A program made the position numbers and the translations under genes. DNA of 64,000 nucleotides from Escherichia coli. GTDB taxonomy: Bacteria > Pseudomonadota > Gammaproteobacteria > Enterobacterales > Enterobacteriaceae. Position 1 is the stretch's first letter. Each line of letters begins with the position of its first letter. This document shows, one piece after another, positions 1-10,267 of this stretch. The stretch is from assembly GCF_003334335.1 (NCBI RefSeq), contig NZ_QOWQ01000014.1, one strand, 5' to 3'. The notes beneath the pieces were generated by a model. That model did no database searches. It saw only the letters and a list, made by a program, of their open reading frames with translations, and was not told the origin of the DNA.

Positions 1-88
1 CGCCGAAGCTGTTTTGGCGGATGAGAGAAGATTTTCAGCCTGATACAGATTAAATCAGAACGCAGAAGCGGTCTGATGAAACAGAATT

Positions 89-208
89 TGCCTGGCGGCC
101 GTAGCGCGGTGGTCCCACCTGACCCCATGCCGAACTCAGAAGTGAAACGCCGTAGCGCCGATGGTAGTGTGGGGTCTCCCCATGCGAGAGTAGGGAACTG
201 CCAGGCAT
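89..208 (+). rRNA. rrfG: 5S ribosomal RNA, terminal gene of an rrn operon (context matches rrnG)
   Basis: 120 nt TGCCTGGCGGCCGTAGCGCGGTGG...GGGAACTGCCAGGCAT recognised as E. coli 5S rRNA; bases 1-88 look like the 23S-5S spacer; kgtP follows as at rrnG. Confidence 0.93.
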
Positions 209-219
209 CAAATTATGCG

Positions 220-247
220 AAAGGCCATCCTGACGGATGGCCTTTTT
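220..247 (+). terminator. Rho-independent terminator of the rrn operon
   Basis: Stem AAAGGCCATCC / GGATGGCCTTT with TGAC loop followed by a T-run, directly after the 5S gene. Confidence 0.85.
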
Positions 248-531
248 GCATTGGCGCAGAAAAAAATGCCTGATGCGACGCTGCGCGTCTTATACTCCCA
301 CATATGCCAGATTCAGCAACGGATACGGCTTCCCCAACTTGCCCACTTCCATACGTGTCCTCCTTACCAGAAATTTATCCTTAAGCTCCTCAATAACCAT
401 TTTCCTGCTAACTAAATTCATGGTTAAGGTTGCATAATGATATGCAACAAATGTATAACATTTCCTTTACCAAAAAAAATAAACAAAAGCGACCGACAAA
501 AGCATCGGATTACGGCAGGAGACATAATGGC

Positions 532-1830
532 ATGGCTGAAAGTACTGTAACGGCAGACAGCAAACTGACAAGTAGTGATACTCGTCGCCGCATTTGGGCG
601 ATTGTGGGGGCCTCTTCAGGTAATCTGGTCGAGTGGTTCGATTTCTATGTCTACTCGTTCTGTTCACTCTACTTTGCCCACATCTTCTTCCCTTCCGGGA
701 ACACGACGACTCAACTACTACAAACAGCAGGTGTTTTTGCTGCGGGATTCCTGATGCGCCCAATAGGCGGTTGGCTATTTGGCCGCATAGCCGATAAACA
801 TGGTCGCAAAAAATCGATGCTGTTATCGGTGTGTATGATGTGTTTCGGATCGCTGGTTATCGCCTGCCTCCCAGGTTATGAAACTATAGGTACGTGGGCT
901 CCGGCATTATTGCTTCTCGCTCGTTTATTTCAGGGATTATCTGTTGGCGGAGAATATGGCACCAGCGCCACCTATATGAGTGAAGTTGCCGTTGAAGGGC
1001 GCAAAGGTTTTTACGCATCATTTCAGTATGTGACGTTGATCGGCGGACAACTGCTAGCCCTACTGGTTGTCGTGGTTTTACAACACACCATGGAAGACGC
1101 TGCACTCAGAGAGTGGGGATGGCGTATTCCTTTCGCGTTAGGAGCTGTGTTAGCTGTTGTGGCGTTGTGGTTACGTCGTCAGTTAGATGAAACTTCGCAA
1201 CAAGAAACGCGCGCTTTAAAAGAAGCTGGATCTCTGAAAGGATTATGGCGCAATCGCCGTGCATTCATCATGGTTCTCGGTTTTACCGCTGCGGGCTCCC
1301 TTTGTTTCTATACCTTCACTACTTATATGCAGAAGTATCTGGTAAATACTGCGGGAATGCATGCCAACGTGGCGAGTGGCATTATGACTGCCGCATTGTT
1401 TGTATTCATGCTTATTCAACCACTCATTGGCGCGCTGTCGGATAAGATTGGTCGCCGTACCTCAATGTTATGTTTCGGTTCGCTGGCAGCCATTTTTACC
1501 GTTCCTATTCTCTCAGCATTGCAAAACGTTTCCTCGCCTTATGCCGCTTTTGGTCTGGTGATGTGTGCCCTGCTGATAGTGAGTTTTTATACATCAATCA
1601 GTGGAATACTGAAGGCTGAGATGTTCCCGGCACAGGTTCGCGCATTAGGCGTTGGTCTGTCATATGCGGTCGCTAATGCTATATTTGGTGGTTCGGCGGA
1701 GTACGTAGCGTTGTCGCTGAAATCAATAGGAATGGAAACAGCCTTCTTCTGGTATGTGACCTTGATGGCCGTGGTGGCGTTTCTGGTTTCTTTGATGCTA
1801 CATCGCAAAGGGAAGGGGATGCGTCTTTAG
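532..1830 (+). CDS. kgtP: alpha-ketoglutarate:H+ symporter (MFS)
   Basis: ORF 430..1830 recognised as KgtP; start placed at ATG 532 ([11 protein letters not shown]...) to give 432 aa. Confidence 0.92.
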
Positions 1831-2150
1831 TGACGGGTCAGTTGCCAGACGGTATAGCCGGTGCTTGCACCGGCGACATCCCAGGCCAAATCCTTCCAGC
1901 TCCAGCCGCTCCCTTCGGGGCGGCTATCCCAAAGCTCTTTTGACGCCCCCAAACTGACAGAGAACATCAATCCAAACATGGCACTGCGATCCCGGCTCAT
2001 CCCCTGATGCTGTGAATATTCATTTCCGGCGGCGGAAAGCATCGCCGAGGCGATAAAGTGTTGAGCTTTATCCTGCCCGCTCCAGCTATCGTTAGCCATA
2101 TGGCTGCATCCAGAAAGTAACAATAGCGAACAGACAAAAAGAATACGCAA
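1827..2150 (-). CDS. yfiM: small lipoprotein YfiM (lipobox LSGCS)
   Basis: ORF 1827..2171 minus; likely TTG start at 2150 preceded by GGAGG at 7 nt spacing, giving 107 aa ([17 protein letters not shown]...). Confidence 0.75.
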
Positions 2151-2162
2151 AACGTGGCCTCC

Positions 2163-2191
2163 AAAAAACAAACCCCGTACAGGACGGGGTT
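2163..2191 (-). terminator. Rho-independent terminator downstream of pssA
   Basis: Inverted repeat AACCCCGT / ACGGGGTT with 5-nt loop, followed on the minus strand by a T-run. Confidence 0.7.
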
Positions 2192-2195
2192 GTGA

Positions 2196-3551
2196 TTACA
2201 GGATGCGGCTAATTAATCGGTCGATGCGGATACGGCGCAAACGGCGGATGAGTTTACGAACCTTCACCGGATAATCGGCAATACTTTGCAGATCGCGATA
2301 GTGCTTAACGATGGTGGTATGCTCGCGGATCAGCTCCAGTTCTTTCTCTCGCTGTGGCGCCAGCTCAAGTTGCGGATCGTGGATCAAAATGGCGTTTTCC
2401 AGATCCAGACGCCAGGCGCGCGGGTTCAGGTTATTACCGGTGATCAACATCCACTTATCATCAACCCACATCCCTTTCAGGTGATAGGTGTTGTCGTCAT
2501 CTTTCCATAACCGAACCACTAGCTGGTCAGTATTGACGTAATACTGCAAACGGCTCAGGAAACGACGCAGATTGATCTCATAGAGATAAGGCAATGCGCC
2601 AATTATCTTGAAAGGTTCATCTTCCGGAATGTAGAAGTCATTCGCGGTTTTATCACCAACAATAATTTCGACCTTTTTCCCTTCGCGCAGCAACTGGATA
2701 ATATTGCGCACAAGGATTGCTGGCAGGTTGAAGTATGGCGTACAGATGGTTAGTTTCTGCTCGGCACAAGGCATAAGATGGAAAATGGTCTTGTTCAACA
2801 GACTCGATTTCCCCAGCCCCACTAGCGGCGTTACAGAAAGCTGATCGTTGTCGGCATCGCCCTGGAAATGATAAGCGGCATCACGCAGCTCCTGGCGGAA
2901 CAGACGAATATCGTTCTTGATTTCCGGGCTTTTTGGCCGATTAACATCATCCAGACGATTAACGCCGCGGCCATTCATAATATTCTGTGTAACCCATTCA
3001 AACATAATGTCTGACATCTTACGGTTACGGATCAGATGATAACGGTCGTAGCGATATTTATCGTGCTGATGCAGGTAAACATCGTTCAGGCTGGCACCGC
3101 TATAAAGTACGCTATCGTCGATGATAAAGCCTTTAAAGTGCAGAACACCAAGGGCTTCACGAGTATTGATTGGAACGCCATAAACCGGAACATCTACGCC
3201 CGGATTTTCCTGCGCCATGCGGCAGTACCAGTCAGCGTTAGTGTTAGATGCCGCAGCGCCAATGCGTCCACGTTGTGCACGATGCCAGTCGACCAGCACC
3301 CGCACATCCAGTTCCGGACGCTGCCTTTTAGCCTCATACAACGCGTTCAGAATGCCTTTGCCACCGTCATCCTGTTCGAGATACAGGGCGACAATGCAAA
3401 TGCGCTGCTTCGCGCTGGCTATTTTTTCCAGCAGCGTCTCCCGGAAGTCGGCGGGAGCGTAAAAGAAATCGACATCATCAACTGATTGAGAAATCTTGGG
3501 TAGTTGGGCAAGGTGTTGTTGATGTTTATTACGCTTAAATTTTGACAACAT
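2196..3551 (-). CDS. pssA: CDP-diacylglycerol-serine O-phosphatidyltransferase (phosphatidylserine synthase)
   Basis: ORF 2196..3554 minus; translation MLSKFKRNKHQQHLAQLPKISQSVDDVDFFY... recognised as PssA, 451 aa from ATG at 3551. Confidence 0.93.
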   Translation of the reverse strand: MLSKFKRNKHQQHLAQLPKISQSVDDVDFFYAPADFRETLLEKIASAKQRICIVALYLEQDDGGKGILNALYEAKRQRPELDVRVLVDWHRAQRGRIGAAASNTNADWYCRMAQENPGVDVPVYGVPINTREALGVLHFKGFIIDDSVLYSGASLNDVYLHQHDKYRYDRYHLIRNRKMSDIMFEWVTQNIMNGRGVNRLDDVNRPKSPEIKNDIRLFRQELRDAAYHFQGDADNDQLSVTPLVGLGKSSLLNKTIFHLMPCAEQKLTICTPYFNLPAILVRNIIQLLREGKKVEIIVGDKTANDFYIPEDEPFKIIGALPYLYEINLRRFLSRLQYYVNTDQLVVRLWKDDDNTYHLKGMWVDDKWMLITGNNLNPRAWRLDLENAILIHDPQLELAPQREKELELIREHTTIVKHYRDLQSIADYPVKVRKLIRRLRRIRIDRLISRIL

Positions 3552-3664
3552 CACAGTGCATTTCTTCTCTGTTCATTGAAGGGTCCTCTGTGCAATGCAG
3601 ACGACATAAGCGGGCAATAATAACACCAGTCCCGATTAAGTGGTCAACATTTCCAGTACCTTAC

Positions 3665-6325
3665 TCATGATTCCTCGCGCTGGGCAAGATTTAGCGTAAG
3701 CCCAACGATCCCCTCTTCGAGCTGGATATCAACGTTAAACCCGAGCTTGCGGGCTAGCGCCACCATGCCACGATTGTTTGGCATCGTAATACCATTCAGA
3801 CGTTGTAGTCCGTGATCTCGCGTATAGGTAATCAACTTTTCCATTAAGCGTCGACCTAAGCCTAACCCTTTGAGATCCGAGCGAACCAGTACAGCAAATT
3901 CGGCATCGATGTTATCAGGATCGGAAATCGCACGCGTGACGCCGAGGATCTCTTCCGTTTGATCAATACGTCGTACCGCTACAAACGCCATTTCCCGATC
4001 GTAGTCGATCTGTGTCATGTTGGCTAAATCTTCATGGGTAAATTCGTTGATCTCGCTAAAGTAGCGGTAATAAAGATCTTCTTTGGTGACTCGCGAAATG
4101 AATTGCTGAAGTTGTGGCTCATCTTCTGGCAAAATCGGGCGGAACAAGCAGCGTTCACCGTTTTTCAATTCTACCCATTCTTCCAGCTGATGCGGATAAG
4201 GGCGCACTGCCAGCCGACTCTCGTTATCGCCTTCAAACGGCGAGATATCCAGCGTGACATCCAGCGCGGTAAATTCACTGCCAGAAGCCAGCAAAGGATG
4301 AATATCCAGACGCTGAATTTCCGGGCAATCGACAATCAAGTTGGAAACCTGCACCAGAAGCTGGCTCAAGCCTGCAACATCCAATGGGCGTAGCGCACTG
4401 CGCGCACGAATCTTTTTACTTTTGATCCCCTGAATAACCAGATAGCGGGCCAGGTTCATGTTCAGCGGCGGCAGTGCGACGACGGCTTGATCTTCAGGAC
4501 GCCACTCCACACCGCCTTCACCCAGCATGATCAACGGCCCGAAAACCGGATCGTGCTCAACCACAACCCGCAACTCCTGAGCGCCAGCACGGTTAGCCAT
4601 ACTTTGCACCAACAGGCCGTGGACCCGCGCCTGTGGCCAGGCCATTTTTACGCGATCGAAAATAGCGTTCGCCGCTTGCTGGACTTCATTGGCTGTACGC
4701 AGGTAAAGCATGACGCCCTGAACTTCCGATTTATGTGGAATATCCGGCGAACGCAATTTCAGCGCCACCGGATAACCAATCTGTTCGGCAATATGCACCG
4801 CTTCGGTGCTATCGCTGGCAATCCAGGTAGGGAGCGTGTTCATGCCATACGCTTGCAGGATGGGCTGAACTTCATGGGTATCGAGCGACGTAGCCCCTTC
4901 GGCAATCGCCTGTTGCAACAGAAGATGCGCTTCTGCGGTATTGGAAGTCAGATTGCTGGGCAACGCCGGCGTTTCGCGTAGTTGCTTCTGATTACGCCGG
5001 TACTCCACCATATGCATAAAAGCAGTGATGGTTCCTTCCGGGGTACGGTAGGTCGGCAGCCCGGCTTCGCTGAATAAACGTCGTGCCTCTTGCGAGGAGT
5101 GCTCGCCGCACCAGTTCGTCAGCAAAGAGACATATTTGCTGCGGGGATGATGCTTTACCGCTTCAATTAATACTTGCGCGCTTTCTGTTGCGGGAGCAGC
5201 GGCGCTGGGCGAATGAATAACCATCAGCGCGTCAAAATCCTGGCTGTGGAGCAGAATATCCAGCGTTTTAATATAGTGCTCACTGCTGGCGTCATCGCGT
5301 AGATCGAGCGGGTTAGATATTGCCACATGTTCTGGCAGTGCATCGCGCAGTTTCTGGCAGGTTTCTTCGCTTAGCGTTGCCAGCTTGCCATTGCGTGACC
5401 ATAAGGCATCCAGCGCCAGCGCGGCAGGCGCAGCACCGTTGCTGATAATCATCAGCCGGTCGCCACGTAGCGGGCGCATATGGCTAAGGGTTTCCACCGC
5501 CGAAAACAGCTCGTGGGTGTCCTGTACCCGCAACAAACCGGCACGCTGAATAGCCGCATCCCATGCCGGGTCCATTCCTGCCGTCGTGTTGAGCAGTCGC
5601 TGTGCCGCCGGGCTACGTCCGCTTTTAATCACCAGAATCGGTTTATTACGCGAGGCACTACGGGCCGCCGAAACAAAGCGTCGCGCGTCGCTTAACTGTT
5701 CGAGATAGAGCAGGATGGCGCTGGTTTTACTGTCGCGTGCCAGATAGTCAAGCAATTCATCAACGTCGATATCCAGGCTGTCGCCGAGCGCAATAAAGTA
5801 GGAAAAGCCCATCTTACGCTGTTGCGCCCAGTCGAGGATGGTGTTGGAGACGGCAGCCGATTGCGAAATAAACGCCAGCTTGCCGCGTTTAATCGGCACA
5901 GGCGAAAAGCTGGCATTCAGACCTTGCCAGGGAGCCAGTAAACCCAGACTGTTTGGTCCAAGCAGGCGCATGTTATGGCGCAGGGCGCAGGCGCGGAGAT
6001 CTTCGTGTTGCGATGCCGGGGCGGAAAGAATAATGCAGGTTTTACAGCCTTTCTCGCCGAGCTCTTCCAGAAGAGCAAGATTACGGCTGGCATTGGTACA
6101 TAAAACCGCAAGGTCGGGTGTAAAGGGCAAGCTGGCAATATCCGGCCAGGCCAACACACCCAACACCGCTTTCCAGGCTGGCGTCACCGGGAGTACCGGT
6201 CCGTTAAAGCCTCCCGCCAGCAGGTTACGCATCATCAGGTAACCTGCGCGATTGGGTTTCATCGACGCGCCAATTACCGCTATCGATTTTGGTCGCAGTA
6301 GTGCTTCCAGTCCTCGCTGACTCAT
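3665..6325 (-). CDS. patZ: protein lysine acetyltransferase (acyl-CoA synthetase-like domains plus C-terminal GNAT)
   Basis: 886-aa ORF MSQRGLEALLRPKSIAVIGAS... recognised as PatZ/YfiQ (Pka). Confidence 0.92.
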   Translation of the reverse strand: MSQRGLEALLRPKSIAVIGASMKPNRAGYLMMRNLLAGGFNGPVLPVTPAWKAVLGVLAWPDIASLPFTPDLAVLCTNASRNLALLEELGEKGCKTCIILSAPASQHEDLRACALRHNMRLLGPNSLGLLAPWQGLNASFSPVPIKRGKLAFISQSAAVSNTILDWAQQRKMGFSYFIALGDSLDIDVDELLDYLARDSKTSAILLYLEQLSDARRFVSAARSASRNKPILVIKSGRSPAAQRLLNTTAGMDPAWDAAIQRAGLLRVQDTHELFSAVETLSHMRPLRGDRLMIISNGAAPAALALDALWSRNGKLATLSEETCQKLRDALPEHVAISNPLDLRDDASSEHYIKTLDILLHSQDFDALMVIHSPSAAAPATESAQVLIEAVKHHPRSKYVSLLTNWCGEHSSQEARRLFSEAGLPTYRTPEGTITAFMHMVEYRRNQKQLRETPALPSNLTSNTAEAHLLLQQAIAEGATSLDTHEVQPILQAYGMNTLPTWIASDSTEAVHIAEQIGYPVALKLRSPDIPHKSEVQGVMLYLRTANEVQQAANAIFDRVKMAWPQARVHGLLVQSMANRAGAQELRVVVEHDPVFGPLIMLGEGGVEWRPEDQAVVALPPLNMNLARYLVIQGIKSKKIRARSALRPLDVAGLSQLLVQVSNLIVDCPEIQRLDIHPLLASGSEFTALDVTLDISPFEGDNESRLAVRPYPHQLEEWVELKNGERCLFRPILPEDEPQLQQFISRVTKEDLYYRYFSEINEFTHEDLANMTQIDYDREMAFVAVRRIDQTEEILGVTRAISDPDNIDAEFAVLVRSDLKGLGLGRRLMEKLITYTRDHGLQRLNGITMPNNRGMVALARKLGFNVDIQLEEGIVGLTLNLAQREES

Positions 6326-6356
6326 ACCGGTCTCCCGCAGAAGTGACCGAATGATT

Positions 6357-7055
6357 TTAAACGCTTTCTAACTGTTCTGCTGTGATGCTACCCAGATGTT
6401 GCGTTTTTCCTGCCAGATAGCGTGTTTTAAAGCGGGTAAAATGCTCGCCTAACCCTGCCGCCGCCCCGGTATCGCCGGCCATATCTAACAGTGCGATGGC
6501 TACCTCGGCAGTACAATATTGGCCTTCAGCCTGGGCTTCACGCAGGCGATAGGCAGAAAGCCGGGAAAGATCGACGGAAATGACGGGAAGATTATCCAGA
6601 TACGGACTTTTACGAAACATCTTGCGAGCTTCCGGCCAGGTACCATCGAGCATGATAAACAGCGGTGGCTTACCGGCAGGTGGTGTGAAGATCACTTCCC
6701 GTTGCTCATCAGCATACGAAGCGGGAAAGACCACCATTGGCTGATAGTCCGGGTTTTGCACCAACTCCAGCAAATCCTGCGAGGGTTCGGTACGCGACCA
6801 TTGAAACGCAACGGTATCAGGCAAAATATCAGCAATGAGACGCCCGGTATTACTGGGCTTCATTGGCTCGGTGTCGAACATCAGCAAACAGAAGCGACTT
6901 TTTGCTTGTGCTGGGGTAATTGTCGAACAGAGACATAATTTCTCTGGCAAAAGACAGCGTTGGCAGCGACGAACGCGATTACCGCGGGCAAGAAAAGGAC
7001 GTGTTGCGCGCGCAATACGCTCGGCGCGTAACTGGAGAACAGCGTTTTCGGTCAT
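6357..7055 (-). CDS. tapT: DTW-domain tRNA-uridine aminocarboxypropyltransferase (YfiP)
   Basis: ORF 6357..7106 minus; start at ATG 7055 (MTENAVLQLRAERIA...) gives 232 aa; DTW motif LDGTW present. Confidence 0.85.
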   Translation of the reverse strand: MTENAVLQLRAERIARATRPFLARGNRVRRCQRCLLPEKLCLCSTITPAQAKSRFCLLMFDTEPMKPSNTGRLIADILPDTVAFQWSRTEPSQDLLELVQNPDYQPMVVFPASYADEQREVIFTPPAGKPPLFIMLDGTWPEARKMFRKSPYLDNLPVISVDLSRLSAYRLREAQAEGQYCTAEVAIALLDMAGDTGAAAGLGEHFTRFKTRYLAGKTQHLGSITAEQLESV

Positions 7056-7123
7056 AAGAGAGCGTCGAAAAAACGCCATTGTCGCAGAGGAGAAAACGGG
7101 GCACAAGATGCGCCCCGGTAAGA

Positions 7124-7543
7124 TTAAAGAGATTCGTTCAGCCAGCTATCGAACGGCGCTTTCGGTACTGCGCCATTAAGCATGTCGACAACCTGACCGT
7201 TTTTGAAAATCATGATCGTCGGTATACTACGAATTCCAAAGCGACTGCTCAATTCACGTTCAGCTTCGGTATTCACTTTCACAAAGCGCACTTTACCGCT
7301 ACGCTCTTGCGCGACATCTTCAAAAATTGGTGCGAAATTACGGCAGGGGCCGCACCACGGTGCCCAGAAGTCGATCACCACAGGTAGATCATCCTTCAGC
7401 AATTTGTCGAGTGTTTCACCGGTCGCATTAATCACCTCTCCGTCAAACAAGTCGTGACCGCAGCGTCCGCATTTTGCCGCATCTTCGATCCGATCGTCGG
7501 GAATGCGATTGATGGCCTGACAATGGGTACAAACGGTATTCAT
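7124..7543 (-). CDS. trxC: thioredoxin 2 with N-terminal zinc-binding CxxC pairs
   Basis: 139 aa [15 protein letters not shown]...CGRCGHDL...WAPWCGPC recognised as TrxC. Confidence 0.95.
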
Positions 7544-7749
7544 AACTAACCTCGGGATGAGTAAGGAGACTTATCGGCAACGACGCCGGTATGTTTCTAA
7601 TATGTTACATATTATCGGGGACATTGTTCCAGACAACAATCTGTTTTATTCAATAGGTATGATAGTCGCAGGCTTTGGTACGAAATCATGGCGAACCGCG
7701 CGGACTTCGGGTAATCTGCGCGCTTCGCGCAGCGCTGGTGGAGAAAAGC

Positions 7750-8787
7750 ATGAACGATGAAATGAAAGGTAAAAGCGGCAAGGTCAAAGTGATGTATGTC
7801 CGCAGTGATGATGATTCTGATAAACGTACCCACAACCCGCGTACCGGGAAAGGGGGCGGGCGTCCAGGAAAATCTCGTGCTGACGGTGGCCGTCGCCCCG
7901 CCCGCGATGACAAACAGAGTCAGCCCCGTGACCGCAAGTGGGAAGATTCGCCGTGGCGCACGGTTTCCCGCGCGCCGGGTGATGAGACGCCGGAAAAGGC
8001 CGATCACGGTGGCATTAGTGGTAAAAGTTTTATTGATCCGGAAGTGTTGCGTCGTCAGCGTGCGGAAGAAACCCGCGTCTACGGCGAAAATGCATGTCAG
8101 GCACTTTTCCAGAGCCGTCCGGAAGCGATTGTTCGCGCCTGGTTTATCCAGAGTGTAACGCCGCGTTTTAAAGAAGCTTTGCGCTGGATGGCAGCAAACC
8201 GCAAAGCGTACCATGTGGTGGATGAAGCGGAATTGACAAAAGCGTCAGGCACGGAACATCACGGCGGCGTTTGCTTCTTGATCAAAAAGCGTAACGGTAC
8301 AACCGTGCAGCAGTGGGTAAGCCAGGCAGGCGCGCAGGATTGCGTTCTGGCACTGGAAAACGAATCTAACCCGCATAACCTGGGTGGCATGATGCGCAGC
8401 TGCGCGCACTTCGGCGTGAAAGGTGTCGTGGTGCAGGATGCGGCACTGCTGGAGTCGGGGGCGGCTATCCGTACCGCAGAAGGCGGCGCAGAGCACGTTC
8501 AGCCGATTACTGGCGACAACATTGTTAACGTGCTGGATGATTTCCGTCAGGCAGGTTACACCGTAGTGACCACTTCCAGCGAGCAGGGTAAACCGCTGTT
8601 CAAAACTAGTCTGCCAGCGAAAATGGTACTGGTGCTGGGTCAGGAATATGAAGGGTTACCGGATGCCGCACGCGATCCGAACGATCTGCGCGTGAAGATT
8701 GACGGTACGGGCAACGTTGCCGGGCTGAATATCTCTGTCGCAACCGGCGTTTTGCTTGGTGAATGGTGGCGTCAGAATAAAGCCTGA
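7750..8787 (+). CDS. yfiF: SpoU/TrmH-family RNA 2'-O-methyltransferase YfiF with basic low-complexity N-terminus
   Basis: ORF 7675..8787; ATG at 7750 ([14 protein letters not shown]...) gives 345 aa. Confidence 0.88.
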
Positions 8788-8834
8788 TAAATCAGCCGGG
8801 TGGCAACTCTGCCATCCGGCATTTCCCCGTAAAT

Positions 8835-9524
8835 TTACTCACTCTCTGCCGGTAATACTGGCATCCAGTCAATCGGCGTCTCGCCACGTTGTTCCAGCCA
8901 CTGATTTGCCAGCACAAAATGGTTGCAGCCAAAGAATCCACGATGCGCCGAAAGCGGCGACGGATGCGGTGCTTTCAGTACATGATGGCGTTGCTTATCT
9001 ATAATCGCCCCTTTCTTTTGCGCATGCGATCCCCACAACAAAAACACCACGCCTTCGCGATGCTGGTTAATCAGGCTGATCACTTTATCGGTGAAGGTTT
9101 CCCAGCCGAGGCTGGCGTGGGAATGCGCCTGACCTGCGCGTACCGTCAACACAGTATTGAGTAGCAGAACGCCCTGACGCGCCCAGCTTTCAAGATAACC
9201 ATGATTAGGGCGGGTGAAGCCCGGAATAGTATTTTCCAGCTCTTTATACATATTCAATAATGACGGAGGAATGGCAATGCCGGGACGAACGGAAAATGCC
9301 AGACCATGCGCCTGTCCCGGTCCGTGATAAGGATCCTGGCCGAGAATCACCACTTTAACGTCACCCAACTCTGTAAAGCGGAACGCGTTAAAGACATCTT
9401 TTTGTGGTGGGTAGATAGTGACGCCGGACTGCCGCTCGCTGGCGACGGTCTGAAGGGTATTAAGAAAATAGGGTTGCTGCTTCTCTTCAGCCAGCACGTC
9501 ATGCCAGGTTAATTCGTTAGCCAT
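8835..9524 (-). CDS. ung: uracil-DNA glycosylase
   Basis: 229 aa [27 protein letters not shown]... recognised as Ung. Confidence 0.96.
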
Positions 9525-9707
9525 CTCGCTCTCCTGCGAATCTTCAATCCGCCTAGCTTAACTGCTTCTTTCTACAGAACAAAATCATGCTCATTTTTTA
9601 GACTTAAACGAGTGCAAAAAAATGTAAATTGGTAAAATTTCACACCCGCATAAGTTGATGTAAAACAATAAAATCCATTTGCGACCATACTTGATGTGTG
9701 GTTTTTA

Positions 9708-9721
9708 TTGATTTAAATCAA
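9708..9721 (+). promoter_or_regulatory. FNR/CRP-class box TTGAT-N4-ATCAA upstream of grcA
   Basis: Perfect TTGATTTAAATCAA palindrome about 108-121 bp upstream of the grcA ATG; grcA (yfiD) is a known FNR-activated gene. Confidence 0.7.
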
Positions 9722-9828
9722 AGATTCAAGGGTGTTTGAGGAGTATATATACACTCAAGCAACAATGGTTTTACCAATTGGCCGCGACAGGCTGAACAAA
9801 TCAAATAATTTTGCCGGGGAGGCATCAC

Positions 9829-10212
9829 ATGATTACAGGTATCCAGATTACTAAAGCCGCTAACGACGATCTGCTGAACTCTTTCTGGCTGCTGGACAGC
9901 GAAAAAGGCGAAGCGCGTTGCATCGTTGCAAAAGCAGGTTATGCAGAAGATGAAGTGGTTGCAGTAAGCAAACTGGGTGACATTGAATACCGTGAAGTTC
10001 CAGTAGAAGTGAAACCAGAAGTTCGCGTTGAAGGTGGTCAACACCTGAACGTTAACGTTCTGCGTCGCGAAACTCTGGAAGATGCAGTTAAGCATCCGGA
10101 AAAATATCCGCAGCTGACCATCCGTGTATCCGGTTATGCAGTTCGCTTTAACTCTCTGACTCCGGAACAGCAGCGCGACGTTATCGCTCGTACCTTTACT
10201 GAAAGCCTGTAA
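9829..10212 (+). CDS. grcA: autonomous glycyl radical cofactor (stress-induced alternate pyruvate formate-lyase subunit)
   Basis: ORF 9811..10212; ATG at 9829 ([22 protein letters not shown]...) gives 127 aa; glycyl-radical motif RVSGY. Confidence 0.95.
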
Positions 10213-10232
10213 GGCTTAAGTAGCAAGTTACT

Positions 10233-10266
10233 AAGCGGAAGAGGGCGACCTCTTCCGCTTTTTTTC
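10233..10266 (+). terminator. Rho-independent terminator of grcA
   Basis: 12-bp perfect stem AAGCGGAAGAGG / CCTCTTCCGCTT with GCGA loop followed by TTTTTT. Confidence 0.85.
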
Positions 10267-10267
10267 G

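Noticed and set aside
1-88. Possible 3' end of 23S rRNA at the window start
   Set aside because: The segment matches the 23S-5S spacer I remember; I cannot place the exact 23S 3' terminus from memory, so no 23S feature is reported.
215-437. Two 66-aa ORFs in the rrn terminator to kgtP intergenic region
   Set aside because: They overlap the rrn terminator and REP-like sequence, have no Shine-Dalgarno and no recognisable protein features; most likely non-coding promoter region of kgtP.
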